A stretch of DNA of 37,434 nucleotides from Verrucomicrobiota bacterium (GTDB lineage Bacteria > Verrucomicrobiota > Kiritimatiellia > RFP12 > UBA1067). The stretch's first letter is position 1; the number at the start of each line of letters is the position of its first letter. Under the pieces are notes generated by a model that had not been told where the DNA came from, made no database searches, and saw only the letters and a program-made list of their open reading frames with translations. The position numbers and the translations under genes are program-made. The stretch lies in the NCBI GenBank assembly GCA_016288465.1, contig JAEEZC010000162.1, positions 1 to 37,434 on the forward strand, read 5' to 3'. Of this stretch, positions 15,579 to 24,022 are shown piece by piece.

Positions 15579-17309
15579 CTATGCGTCGGGCCAGAGCTCG
15601 TGGGCCATCTCCCTGAGCTTGTACTTCTGGATCTTCTGCGACGCCGTCATCGGGAACTCCTTTAGGAAGTGCACGTACTTCGGTATCTTGAACCAGCTTA
15701 TCCGGTCCTTGCAGAACGCCGCGACGTCCTCCTCCCTGAGCTCCGCCCCGTCAGCAGGAATCACGAACGCCGCGGGCTGTTCGCCGTACTTCTTCGACGG
15801 GCACCCGACGACCGCCACGTCCTTCACGCCGGGCATCGTGCCGAGGAAGTCCTCCACCTCCTTCGGGCTGATGTTCTCGCCGCCGCGGATGATCAGGTCC
15901 TTCAGTCGCCCGGTGATGTAGTAGTAGCCGTCGGCGTCCATACGCCCGATGTCGCCGGAGTGGAGCCAGCCGTTCCTGTCGATGCACTTCGCCGTCTGCT
16001 CGGGCATCTTGTAGTAGCCCTTCATCGTGTTGAAGCCGCGGCAGCATATCTCGCCGTCGGTGCCGATCGGCGCGAGGTCGCCGGTCTCGGGGTCGATGAT
16101 CGCGACCTCCACGCCGGGCAGCGCCTGGCCTATCGTCTGGCACTTGCGCTCGACCGACGGCTCGAAGTAGCGCGTCATCGTCATCACGGGACCGGACTCC
16201 GTAAGCCCGTACGGATTCGTGATCTCCTTCATGAACATGCGGTCCTGCGCCTGCTGCATGCGGTGGACGGGGCACGCCGAGCCGGACATTATGCCGGTGC
16301 GGAGGGAGCGGAAGTCGAACTCCCCGAAGCGCGGATGGTCCAGCATCGCGATGTACATCGTCGGCACGCCGTACGTCGCCGTGCACTTCTCGCGCTCGAT
16401 GGAGCGCATCACCTGCAGCGGGTCGAACTTCTCGAGGAACACCATCGTCGAGCCGTGGTTCACGCAGCTCATAACTCCGAGCACGCACCCGAAGCAGTGG
16501 AAGAGCGGAACCGGTATGCACACGCGGTCGCGGGACGAGAGGTTCTGGCACGCGCCGATCCAGAAGCCGTCGTTCGCGATGTTGCGGTGCGTCAGCTGCA
16601 CGCCCTTCGGAAAGCCCGTCGTGCCGCTCGTGTACTGCATGTTCACGACGTCGTTCACGTCCACCTCTGCCTGGCGCGCGAGGTACTCGTCCTGCGTCGT
16701 CTCGCACGCGAGGGACTTCACCTCGTTGAGCGAGTACATGCCGCGGTGCTTCTTCGGCCCGAGGTAGAACATCCGCTTGAGGCACGGATACCTCTTCGAC
16801 TTAAGCGCCCCGCGCGGGCACTCCTTGAGCTCGGGGATGAGCGAGTTTATGACCTCGATGTAGTCGCAGTCGCGGTAGCCGTCTATCACGAACAGGTTCT
16901 CGGCGTCGGACTGCCTGAGCGCGAAGTCGATCTCCTGGCTCTTGTAGTTGATGTTGAGAGGCAGCAGTATCGCGCCTATCTTCGCGGTCGCGAACATAAG
17001 GACCACCCAGTGCGGAACGTTCGTCGCCCAGAGCGCCACCTTCTCGCCGCGCTTGACGCCGAGCGCCATCAGCCCCTTCGCGACGTAGTCCACCTCCTCG
17101 GAGAACTCGAACCACGTAAGCCGGTAGTCGCGGTCGGCGTACACCACCGCGTCGTTCTCGCCGCACCTCGCGACCGTCTGGTCGAGAAGCTGCCCGAGCG
17201 TGTACTCCCTCGTCACGGGCAGGTTGTGCCACGGCACGCCCGTCGACACGCTCTGCGTGAACGGCGCCTCCCTCGGCGCCGTGCCAAAAGGATCTGTCAG
17301 CTTGAACAT
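15579..17309 (-). CDS. AMP-binding acyl-CoA synthetase (ACSF2/YngI-like)
   Basis: MQYTSGTTGFPKG, VPLFHCFG, YGLTES, GWLHSGDIG, ITGRLKDLIIRGGENI, KIQKYKLR. Start ATG 17309 with SD. Confidence 0.95.
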   Translation of the reverse strand: MFKLTDPFGTAPREAPFTQSVSTGVPWHNLPVTREYTLGQLLDQTVARCGENDAVVYADRDYRLTWFEFSEEVDYVAKGLMALGVKRGEKVALWATNVPHWVVLMFATAKIGAILLPLNINYKSQEIDFALRQSDAENLFVIDGYRDCDYIEVINSLIPELKECPRGALKSKRYPCLKRMFYLGPKKHRGMYSLNEVKSLACETTQDEYLARQAEVDVNDVVNMQYTSGTTGFPKGVQLTHRNIANDGFWIGACQNLSSRDRVCIPVPLFHCFGCVLGVMSCVNHGSTMVFLEKFDPLQVMRSIEREKCTATYGVPTMYIAMLDHPRFGEFDFRSLRTGIMSGSACPVHRMQQAQDRMFMKEITNPYGLTESGPVMTMTRYFEPSVERKCQTIGQALPGVEVAIIDPETGDLAPIGTDGEICCRGFNTMKGYYKMPEQTAKCIDRNGWLHSGDIGRMDADGYYYITGRLKDLIIRGGENISPKEVEDFLGTMPGVKDVAVVGCPSKKYGEQPAAFVIPADGAELREEDVAAFCKDRISWFKIPKYVHFLKEFPMTASQKIQKYKLREMAHELWPDA

Positions 17310-17320
17310 GGCCTTCCCCC

Positions 17321-17914
17321 TCACGCCGGCATGAACACTACGCCGTAGACCGACGCGGGCTTGCCGCCAAGCGCCCTGAGGCCGTGCCTGACGCACGAAT
17401 TGTAGTACGCCGTGTCGCCCGCCTTGAGAACGATCTTGTTCGGACCGTAGGTGAGCTCCACTTCTCCCGAGATGCAGATGATGAGCTCCTCGCCCTCGTG
17501 ATGCTGGACCGCGTCGACGCCGTCCGCCTCGAACTCGATCCTGAACGGGTCCATGTGGCGGTCCGGCTTGCCGAGCGCGAGCGAGTGGCTTGCGTAGCCG
17601 AGCGCGTTCATGCCCTCGTCGGCGACCTTCTTCGCCTCGATGTCCTTCGCGCGCGTTATGATCGGGTCGGGCTTGAACTGGTCGTCCATGAACGTGCCGA
17701 TCCTCTGCCCGAGCGCGCGGGAGAGCTTCACGAGAATGCCGAGCGCCGGCATCACGTCGCCCTTCTCTATCGCGTTCACCACGACCGCGTCCACGCCCGA
17801 CTTCTCAGCCAGGTCTGCGACGCTCCACCCGTGCCGCTCCCTGTACGCGCGGATCCTCGCACCCGCCTTGCCGTCCGCACCGGAAACCTCGGTCACTCCA
17901 ATATCCGTACTCAT
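17321..17914 (-). CDS. XRE-family HTH + cupin transcriptional regulator
   Basis: GARIRAYRE...SVADLAEKSG......IEKG...P.LGILVKLSRALG; cupin HEGEELI....GEVE...LKAGDTAYYNSCVRH. GAGGAG SD. Confidence 0.93.
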   Translation of the reverse strand: MSTDIGVTEVSGADGKAGARIRAYRERHGWSVADLAEKSGVDAVVVNAIEKGDVMPALGILVKLSRALGQRIGTFMDDQFKPDPIITRAKDIEAKKVADEGMNALGYASHSLALGKPDRHMDPFRIEFEADGVDAVQHHEGEELIICISGEVELTYGPNKIVLKAGDTAYYNSCVRHGLRALGGKPASVYGVVFMPA

Positions 17915-17973
17915 GTCAAAGACTCCTCGTTGATTGTAAGATGTTTCTGAAAGCTCCAGACCGCCGACGGAAC

Positions 17974-18009
17974 GCAAAAGCGGACCGCCCGCACAAGGTG
18001 ATCCGCTTT
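17974..18009 (-). terminator. Attenuator terminator hairpin
   Basis: AAAGCGGATCACC-TTGTGCG-GGCGGTCCGCTTT followed by TGCGTT, between the leader ORF and the XRE gene. Confidence 0.7.
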
Positions 18010-18039
18010 GTTAAGGGTGCTTTTGAACCGGCTCTTCCG

Positions 18040-18111
18040 TTAAAACCGAACCGACTCAGCGGATCCGCACCCGCTAAGTCCGAGAATAAGTCGAATAAGC
18101 CTAAGTTTCAT
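18040..18111 (-). CDS. Leu/Ile-rich leader peptide MKLRLIRLILGLSGCGSAESVRF
   Basis: 24 codons; 5 Leu (4 CTT) and 2 Ile (ATT) within codons 3-12; 8 nt after TGATATACT; followed by a terminator. Confidence 0.75.
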   Translation of the reverse strand: MKLRLIRLILGLSGCGSAESVRF

Positions 18112-18119
18112 TTGTGCGT

Positions 18120-18128
18120 AGTATATCA
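18120..18128 (-). promoter_or_regulatory. Extended -10 TGATATACT
   Basis: Directly upstream of the leader peptide ATG. Confidence 0.65.
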
Positions 18129-18183
18129 TATTTTAGGCCCGCGTGTCCGTAACTTCGGGTTACATAGCGCACCATCCCCGGCA

Positions 18184-19269
18184 TCACGGCAAAAGCTCCA
18201 GCTTCAGCGCGGCCTCAACGGACTTGTCCATGTCGAGATACCTGTACCCGCCCAGACGTCCGCCGACGACGAGATTGGGGACCGCCTCCGCTTCGCCGCG
18301 GTACCGCGCGAACAGCTCGCGCGACGCGGCGCAGTCCACCGGATAGTACGGCTCGTCGCCCTGCTTCCACGCCGAAGGATACTCGCGCATGACGATCGTC
18401 TTCGGGCGCGACATCACCTCCGCGTTCTCCGGATGGTAGTGCTTGAACTCGTGGATCCGCGTGAACGGCACTTCCGCCTCGGTGTAGTTCACGACCGCCG
18501 TGCCCTGGAAGTCCCTGACGCCAAGCCTCTCGGACTCGAACCTCAGCGTCCGCCAGGGCAGCGCCCCGAACTTGAAGCCGAACAGCTCGTCCAGAGGGCC
18601 CGAATAGTACACCGGAACGTTCGGCAGCACGTCGCCGCCGACCTTGAACGCGCCGCCTTCCAGCCTGACCGCGGCATTGCAGAGGACCGATATGTCCGGA
18701 CTGTCCAGAAGCCTTTCGAAGAGCGAATTGTATCCGGTCAGCGGAATTCCCTGGTTGTAGTCGTTGTAGTAGTTGACGTCGTAGCTGGAGCGGACCGGAA
18801 CGCGCCTTATGACGGACTCGTCGACATCCTCCGGCTGAAGCCCCCACTGCTTGGACGTGTATCCGCGGAAGAACGCGTCGAACACGGCCTTCGAGCGCGT
18901 TTCGTCGGCAAGGAAGCCCGCGACCTCGTCCGGCCTGAGCTCCACGCCGAAGAATTTGTTGATCAGGGCGAGGCCGAACGGCAGAAAGTACATTCTGCCG
19001 CGGTAGGAGGCCAGAACCTTGTGCTGGTAGCCGTTGAACTGCACGAAACGGTTCACGAAGCTCCAGACTTCGGGGACGTGCGTGTGGAATATGTGCGAAC
19101 CGTAAAGATGCACCTCGATGCCGGTCTCGGCGTCCACTTCGCAGCGCACGTTGCCGCCGACCGCTGCGCGCCGCTCCAGCACGAGCACGCGCCGGCCGGC
19201 ATCCGCGAGGCGCCGCGCCACTGTGCAGCCCCAGATGCCGGCGCCCGCGACTATAGCGTCAATCGTCAT
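18184..19269 (-). CDS. glf: UDP-galactopyranose mutase
   Basis: GAGIWG FAD motif, GGN, HLYGSHIFHT, GYTSKQWG, QGIP, TRIHEFKH, EPYYPV, GRLGGYRYLDMD. Confidence 0.95.
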   Translation of the reverse strand: MTIDAIVAGAGIWGCTVARRLADAGRRVLVLERRAAVGGNVRCEVDAETGIEVHLYGSHIFHTHVPEVWSFVNRFVQFNGYQHKVLASYRGRMYFLPFGLALINKFFGVELRPDEVAGFLADETRSKAVFDAFFRGYTSKQWGLQPEDVDESVIRRVPVRSSYDVNYYNDYNQGIPLTGYNSLFERLLDSPDISVLCNAAVRLEGGAFKVGGDVLPNVPVYYSGPLDELFGFKFGALPWRTLRFESERLGVRDFQGTAVVNYTEAEVPFTRIHEFKHYHPENAEVMSRPKTIVMREYPSAWKQGDEPYYPVDCAASRELFARYRGEAEAVPNLVVGGRLGGYRYLDMDKSVEAALKLELLP

Positions 19270-19278
19270 GTGGCCCAC

Positions 19279-19308
19279 AGTATACCCAATCATCCGTCCC
19301 ATTGTCAA
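19279..19308 (-). promoter_or_regulatory. Sigma70 promoter TTGACA-18-TATACT of glf
   Basis: Consensus -35; -10 ends 9 nt before the ATG; no SD. Confidence 0.7.
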
Positions 19309-19397
19309 CGCCATGCCGCAGGACCATCTCCGCACCGCAACCGCCGCGCATATGCCCGGCGGCAGGGCCTTATTGCTCCGACAACAAATGGGGTTGA

Positions 19398-19440
19398 GCC
19401 ACAAAGTGCACAAAGGCCACAAAGCCTATGTGTTCTTTGT
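19398..19440. repeat. 9-bp-period CACAAAG x3 with inverted partial copies
   Basis: CACAAAG at 19400, 19409 and 19418, then CTATGTGTTCTTTGT. Confidence 0.7.
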
Positions 19441-19555
19441 TATCTGGAGGAAGTATCTTCCAGACCTCCTCTGCCGAAGGCAGCTATAAAGACAACAAGT
19501 CGGTTTGAAGAGAATTTGAAAGCGCAAAGCCCTTCAAATTCAGCGGAGCGTTAGC

Positions 19556-19642
19556 GAGAGCCCAACCGCTCGGAGTTAAAACCGAAGCCGAACCCGCAGA
19601 GCGCGCAAGCGTCTGCGGGAGAGCCCAAACCATCGGAGTTAA
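19556..19642. repeat. 24-bp direct repeat pair flanking a GC hairpin
   Basis: GAGAGCCCAA-N4-TCGGAGTTAA at 19556-19579 and 19619-19642. The spacer holds CCCGCAGA-GCGCGCAAGCG-TCTGCGGG. Confidence 0.8.
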
Positions 19643-19671
19643 GCGCAAAAAGCCGACAGGGATATGGCTGC

Positions 19672-19760
19672 AAAGCGAAAGCCCGGGGCACTAGCCTCGG
19701 GCTTGTGAAAGTTGCTGCGCCGGTTCCTCCTTCCGTTTTGGCCGCTCCTCTCGATTCGAC
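19672..19760 (-). ncRNA. Putative ~90-nt small RNA (GGA-rich) with own promoter and terminator
   Basis: TGCTACAAT at 19775-19767; no start codon downstream; hairpin AAGCCCGAGGC-TAGT-GCCCCGGGCTT plus TCGCTTT at 19704-19672. Confidence 0.5.
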
Positions 19761-19830
19761 ACCTATATTGTAGCAGACAATTGTTATCCGATTGTTAATG
19801 GCGACCACATTTCCGGCGCAGGACGGGGGA

Positions 19831-21330
19831 TTATCCGCGAAGCGGACGATACACCGGAGCGAGAGCGTCGTGTATGCGGCGGTAGCAGCTGAAAAGACGC
19901 TCGTACTCTGCGGCCTGCCGCGGATCGGGCTCGACCGTCCGGTCGACGCGAAGGCACTTGGCCACGGCGTCCTTGACGTCCGAGAAGACTCCGGTGCCGA
20001 CACCTGCCAGCAGGCATGCGCCGAAACTGGCGTCGCCAGGCACCGGCACCGCGACAGGACGGTTGAACACGTTGGCGACAATGCCGCTCCAGACCCTCGA
20101 CCTAGCGCCTCCGCCGATGAGGAATATCCGGTTCACGGGCAGACGCATCTCCTCAAGAGTGCGATAGCAGTCCCGAAGCGAAAAGGCAACGCCCTCCATC
20201 AGCGCGCGGCAGAAGTCAGCCCGCGTGGAGGCGATCGAGACGCCTGTGAACGAGGCGCGAAGGCTGGAATCCCAGTACGGGCATCTCTCGCCCTGCAGAT
20301 ACGGATGGAAGAAGGCGCCCCTTGCGCCGACAGGCGAGGACGCCGCCTCGTCGTCGATTCTCGCATAAAGGCCGCGTCCGTCTCCTGCGGACGCGATGTC
20401 GGAGAAGAACGTGTCCCTCAGCCACCTCATGCAGAGCGCGGCGGCGTTCGTAGCCGAGACGGAATACCACATGCCAGGCACGATGTGCGAATAAGTAAGC
20501 GTCTTCGGATGGGGATGCGCAGCGGACGTCATGGAGTTGACGTTGCCGGCGGTCGCGAGCTTGAGAATGAGGTCACCGGGTTCGACTGCGCCCGCGCCAT
20601 AGTCCTCGACGGCGCTGTCGGAAGACCCGCAGACCACTGGCATTCCCGCAGGCAGGCCCGTGAACGCGGCGGCTTCAGGCGTCACGCGTCCGGCGATGTC
20701 GGTCGGCTCGATGAAAGCAGGCAGCTTCTCCAGCGTCAGTCCGGCAAGCTCGACAAGCTCGGGCGACCAGTCGCAGGCCTTCATGTCGTAGAAAAGCGTC
20801 CCCTGCGCCTCTATGCGGTCCGTCGCGGCCTCGCCGGTCAACAGGTACCGGACGTAGTCCTTGACGAAGAGCACATGCCTCGTCTTCGCGAACGTCTCAG
20901 GTTCGTTTGCCTTGAGCCACATCATCTGCGGCAGCGTCCAGGTCGGCGCGGGCATCTGGTAGCAGGTCGAGAATATCTTCTCACCCCAGCCAGCCCTAAG
21001 CGCGTCGCACTCGGCGGTCGAACGCTGGTCGGTCCACATTATCGTGCGTCGGACCGGGCGGAACTCCGCATCAAGAAGAACGGCGTTGTGCGTCGAACCG
21101 TCAAGCGCGCAGGCGACGACCTGCGAGAGATCGACTCCCTTTGCGGAAAGGCTGGAGAGAGACGACTTCAGCGCGTTCCACCAGTCCTGCGGCTCCTGCT
21201 CGCTCCAGCCTGGATGGTCGTGGTGGGTCGGAAACTCCGTTGACGCCTCTCCGACGAACGAGCCGTCCTCTCCGATTGCGGTCACCTTGCAGCCGCCGGT
21301 TCCGTAGTCAATGCCAAGCAGAATCTTCAT
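19831..21330 (-). CDS. xylB: Xylulokinase (FGGY family)
   Basis: GIDYGTGGCK, PGWSEQEPQDWW, IMWTDQRS, KDYVRYLLTG, PYLQGERCP, RALMEGVAF, GGGARS. Substrate is not proven. Confidence 0.85.
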   Translation of the reverse strand: MKILLGIDYGTGGCKVTAIGEDGSFVGEASTEFPTHHDHPGWSEQEPQDWWNALKSSLSSLSAKGVDLSQVVACALDGSTHNAVLLDAEFRPVRRTIMWTDQRSTAECDALRAGWGEKIFSTCYQMPAPTWTLPQMMWLKANEPETFAKTRHVLFVKDYVRYLLTGEAATDRIEAQGTLFYDMKACDWSPELVELAGLTLEKLPAFIEPTDIAGRVTPEAAAFTGLPAGMPVVCGSSDSAVEDYGAGAVEPGDLILKLATAGNVNSMTSAAHPHPKTLTYSHIVPGMWYSVSATNAAALCMRWLRDTFFSDIASAGDGRGLYARIDDEAASSPVGARGAFFHPYLQGERCPYWDSSLRASFTGVSIASTRADFCRALMEGVAFSLRDCYRTLEEMRLPVNRIFLIGGGARSRVWSGIVANVFNRPVAVPVPGDASFGACLLAGVGTGVFSDVKDAVAKCLRVDRTVEPDPRQAAEYERLFSCYRRIHDALAPVYRPLRG

Positions 21331-21373
21331 GTCGAGTCCTCAATAATAAAACAAGTTTCAGACGACGGCCGGC

Positions 21374-23905
21374 CTATTTGCCCGCATGCACTGCGATGCT
21401 TGCGGAGGCCATGGGCAGGCCTTCGGACAACGCCTTCACCGTGATCGTTCCGGACGAGCCGGGGACGGCGCGGACTATCGCCTGCGCCAGGCCGTTGAAG
21501 GTGACACGGTTCGGCGAATGGAAGTCGCCGAAGTCGGTTTCGTCGCCATTGTCCGTCGCGACAATCGTGCCGGGCCCCTCTATCTCGAAGCTCACGGGGA
21601 TCTTCGCGTCCGGCACGGTCAAGCCCGCTTCGTCACATACGCTGAGAGTCACAAAGCAGACGTCCTCGCCATCAGCCATGATCGAATAAGTCTCAGGCTC
21701 AAGGACGAGACATGCGGCGGCGCCGGTCGTACGGACGGTGTCATGCGCCCATTCAACGCCGTTTCTGAAGGCGACGACCTTCAGCTCGCCCGGCTCGTAG
21801 CGCACATCGTCCCAGCGAAGGCGGTAGGCGCGGTCCCAGACTCCGGGAAGCTTGCGCTGACGCCCGAGCGAGCGTCCGTTCAGGAACAGCTCGGCTTCGT
21901 CGCCAGAGGTGAACACGTAGACGGGAGTAACCTCCCCTTCACGTCCCTTCCAGTTCCAGTGCGGCAGTATGTGCGCCATCGGCAGGTCGGGACGCCAGCG
22001 TGCCTGAAAGAGGTAGAAGACGTCCTTCCTGAAGCCGGCCTGATCGAGGAAGCCCGTGTTGCAAGTGTGGATTGCGGCGCGCGTCCTGCCTCTGGCCTTC
22101 ACCTCGGCAAGGGCCTCTGCCTGCTTCGCGGGGTCGCTGAACTTCGGCGTCTTGCGCCAGTCCTCGCACCAGAACGGACCGCCGAGATAGTCGATGCCCG
22201 TCCAGACGAACTCGCCCATGCAAGTGCCGACCTTGTCCATCCAGTACCACTGCGCATCGGGCGAGCAGGCCCACCTCGTGTCCAGCCGAGTCCAGCCCAC
22301 GGCCTCCCAGCAGTAGGACGAGTTGTACGAGTCCTTCAAGGCGACCTTTGGGTTCGCCCAAGTCTGAAGGACCGGAAATCTGTACTCGCCGCGCGTCGAG
22401 CTCATGCACACGGTCTCGGTGCCGAAGAACGGGACGTCGGGATACTTCTTCGCAAGAGCGGGATACTGCCACGGATAGTAGTTGCAGCCCATCAAGGACA
22501 TTACAGTCGGGAAGTCGTTCGTGTAGTTCGCGGCGTTGTTGTTCGCCGTGACGGTCGGCCTTGTCGGGTCCTCCTCGGCGACCGAACGGGCAAGCGACCG
22601 CGCTATCGCGGAGAACTCGGAAAGCGGCGCGATCTTCGCGAAGCCCTCGCATATCTCGTTGCCAACCGAGTACATGATGACGCACGGATGGTTGCGGTCG
22701 GTGCGCACCCACGCGCGCAGATCGCGCTCGTGCCACGTGTCGAAGAGGTTTGTGTAGCCGTTCTTGCGCTTGCCAGACGCGCCCGCCTTGCGCCATTCGT
22801 CAAACACCTCGTCCTTGACCAGCATGCCAAGCTCGTCGCAGAGCTCGAGGAGTCCCTCGTCCGGCGGATTGTGGGAAGAGCGCACGGCGTTCACGCCGGC
22901 CTCCTTGAAGAGCAGCAGCCTGCGGCGCTGCGCCGCACGGTTCCAGGCCGCGCCGAGCACGCCGAAGTCATGGTGCATCGAGACTCCGTTCAGGGGCACC
23001 GTGCGTCCGTTGAGCTGGAAGCGACGCTCGTCCGAGCTGAACGAGCTGGTGCGAATGCCGTACTTGTACGCGTCGCCCTCGACGTCGACCGTGTAGAGAT
23101 ACGGGTCGTCGACATCCCAGAGACGAGGGTTCTCGACGAAGAACACGCGCTCCTTCGCGCCTCCAAGGGACATCTCGTAACGAACGCGCACCTTGGCCCG
23201 CTTCGCAGTAACCTCCGGAGTCGTTATGAAGACGCTGCCGGGCACGACATGGTCTTCAGGGCAGACCAGAAGCCTGCAGTCGCGATAGAGTCCGCCGCCG
23301 GTATACCAGCGGGACGAGTTCTTGACGTTGTGGCAACGTATGGCGATTACGTTTTCGCCATTGAGGTTGAGATGGTCCGTGAGGTCAATGCGCCAGCGAG
23401 TGTAGCCGTATGGCCAGCCGCCGAGGAACTTGCCGTTAAGATAGAGCATCGCATAGCTCATCGCGCCGTCGCACTCGAACAGCACGCGGCCCTTCTGAGG
23501 CACGGCGACGGACCTGCCGCCGGACGTCAGCCTGCCGCCGGAAGCCTTGAGCGCAAGCCTGTACCAGCCGACTCCGGTGACGTCGAGGAAAGCGTCGTAG
23601 AAAGGGAGCGTGCAGTCGAACGTCTTTTCAACGCCCCAGTCATGGGGAACGCGCACCTGCTTCCACGACGAGTCGTCGAAGCCGGCCTCCGCCCAGCCAA
23701 ACGACGGAGCGCCGGACGTGTCGCCGCGGTCGGCGCGGTCGAGAATCGCGCTCATCGCCTGAAGCGTGAGGTTTGTGCCTGCAGACGGATCATCGGCCTT
23801 GACGAAGCGCCACCCTTCCTTCAGCGCCAGCTTCTCGGTGGCGCCCAACGCGGCCGACGCGCAAAGGGCGACAGCCGAACAACATGTCATCAGTCTAGTG
23901 TTCAT
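21374..23905 (-). CDS. Glycoside hydrolase family 2 (beta-galactosidase-like, with DUF4982 and C-terminal Ig domain)
   Basis: VPHDW, GWYR, PYGYT, SRWYTGGGLYR, GVSMHHD, RSSHNPP, DRNHPC..YSVGNE, GTET, FVWTGIDYLG, HILPHWNW. Start 23905 or 23920. Confidence 0.93.
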   Translation of the reverse strand: MNTRLMTCCSAVALCASAALGATEKLALKEGWRFVKADDPSAGTNLTLQAMSAILDRADRGDTSGAPSFGWAEAGFDDSSWKQVRVPHDWGVEKTFDCTLPFYDAFLDVTGVGWYRLALKASGGRLTSGGRSVAVPQKGRVLFECDGAMSYAMLYLNGKFLGGWPYGYTRWRIDLTDHLNLNGENVIAIRCHNVKNSSRWYTGGGLYRDCRLLVCPEDHVVPGSVFITTPEVTAKRAKVRVRYEMSLGGAKERVFFVENPRLWDVDDPYLYTVDVEGDAYKYGIRTSSFSSDERRFQLNGRTVPLNGVSMHHDFGVLGAAWNRAAQRRRLLLFKEAGVNAVRSSHNPPDEGLLELCDELGMLVKDEVFDEWRKAGASGKRKNGYTNLFDTWHERDLRAWVRTDRNHPCVIMYSVGNEICEGFAKIAPLSEFSAIARSLARSVAEEDPTRPTVTANNNAANYTNDFPTVMSLMGCNYYPWQYPALAKKYPDVPFFGTETVCMSSTRGEYRFPVLQTWANPKVALKDSYNSSYCWEAVGWTRLDTRWACSPDAQWYWMDKVGTCMGEFVWTGIDYLGGPFWCEDWRKTPKFSDPAKQAEALAEVKARGRTRAAIHTCNTGFLDQAGFRKDVFYLFQARWRPDLPMAHILPHWNWKGREGEVTPVYVFTSGDEAELFLNGRSLGRQRKLPGVWDRAYRLRWDDVRYEPGELKVVAFRNGVEWAHDTVRTTGAAACLVLEPETYSIMADGEDVCFVTLSVCDEAGLTVPDAKIPVSFEIEGPGTIVATDNGDETDFGDFHSPNRVTFNGLAQAIVRAVPGSSGTITVKALSEGLPMASASIAVHAGK

Positions 23906-23952
23906 ATTTGCCTTGTGCATAATAGAGCCCGCGCTCTGATGTCTCGTCCGCC

Positions 23953-24016
23953 ATTATAGCACAACGCTGACGAGAACTAGGCCAAAAAGAATGAAAAGTC
24001 ATGAGAGGAACTGAGA
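23953..24016 (-). promoter_or_regulatory. Extended -10 TGCTATAAT plus three phased TCTCA-like boxes
   Basis: -10 at 23953-23958; + strand TGAAA/TGAGA/TGAGA at 23992, 24002, 24012. Confidence 0.7.
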
Positions 24017-24022
24017 CGGCGT

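Noticed and set aside
19556-19642. Mini CRISPR array (24-bp repeats, 39-bp spacer)
   Set aside because: Only two imperfect repeats, the spacer is itself a hairpin, and no cas genes are present.
19700-19760. Glycine riboswitch, SRP RNA, tmRNA or 6S RNA
   Set aside because: Partial GAGAG/GAAGG/CTTTCA and CGGAAGGA resemblance only. Required stems and motifs (TCAGG, AGCAG symmetric loop, tRNA-like ends, long rod) were not found.
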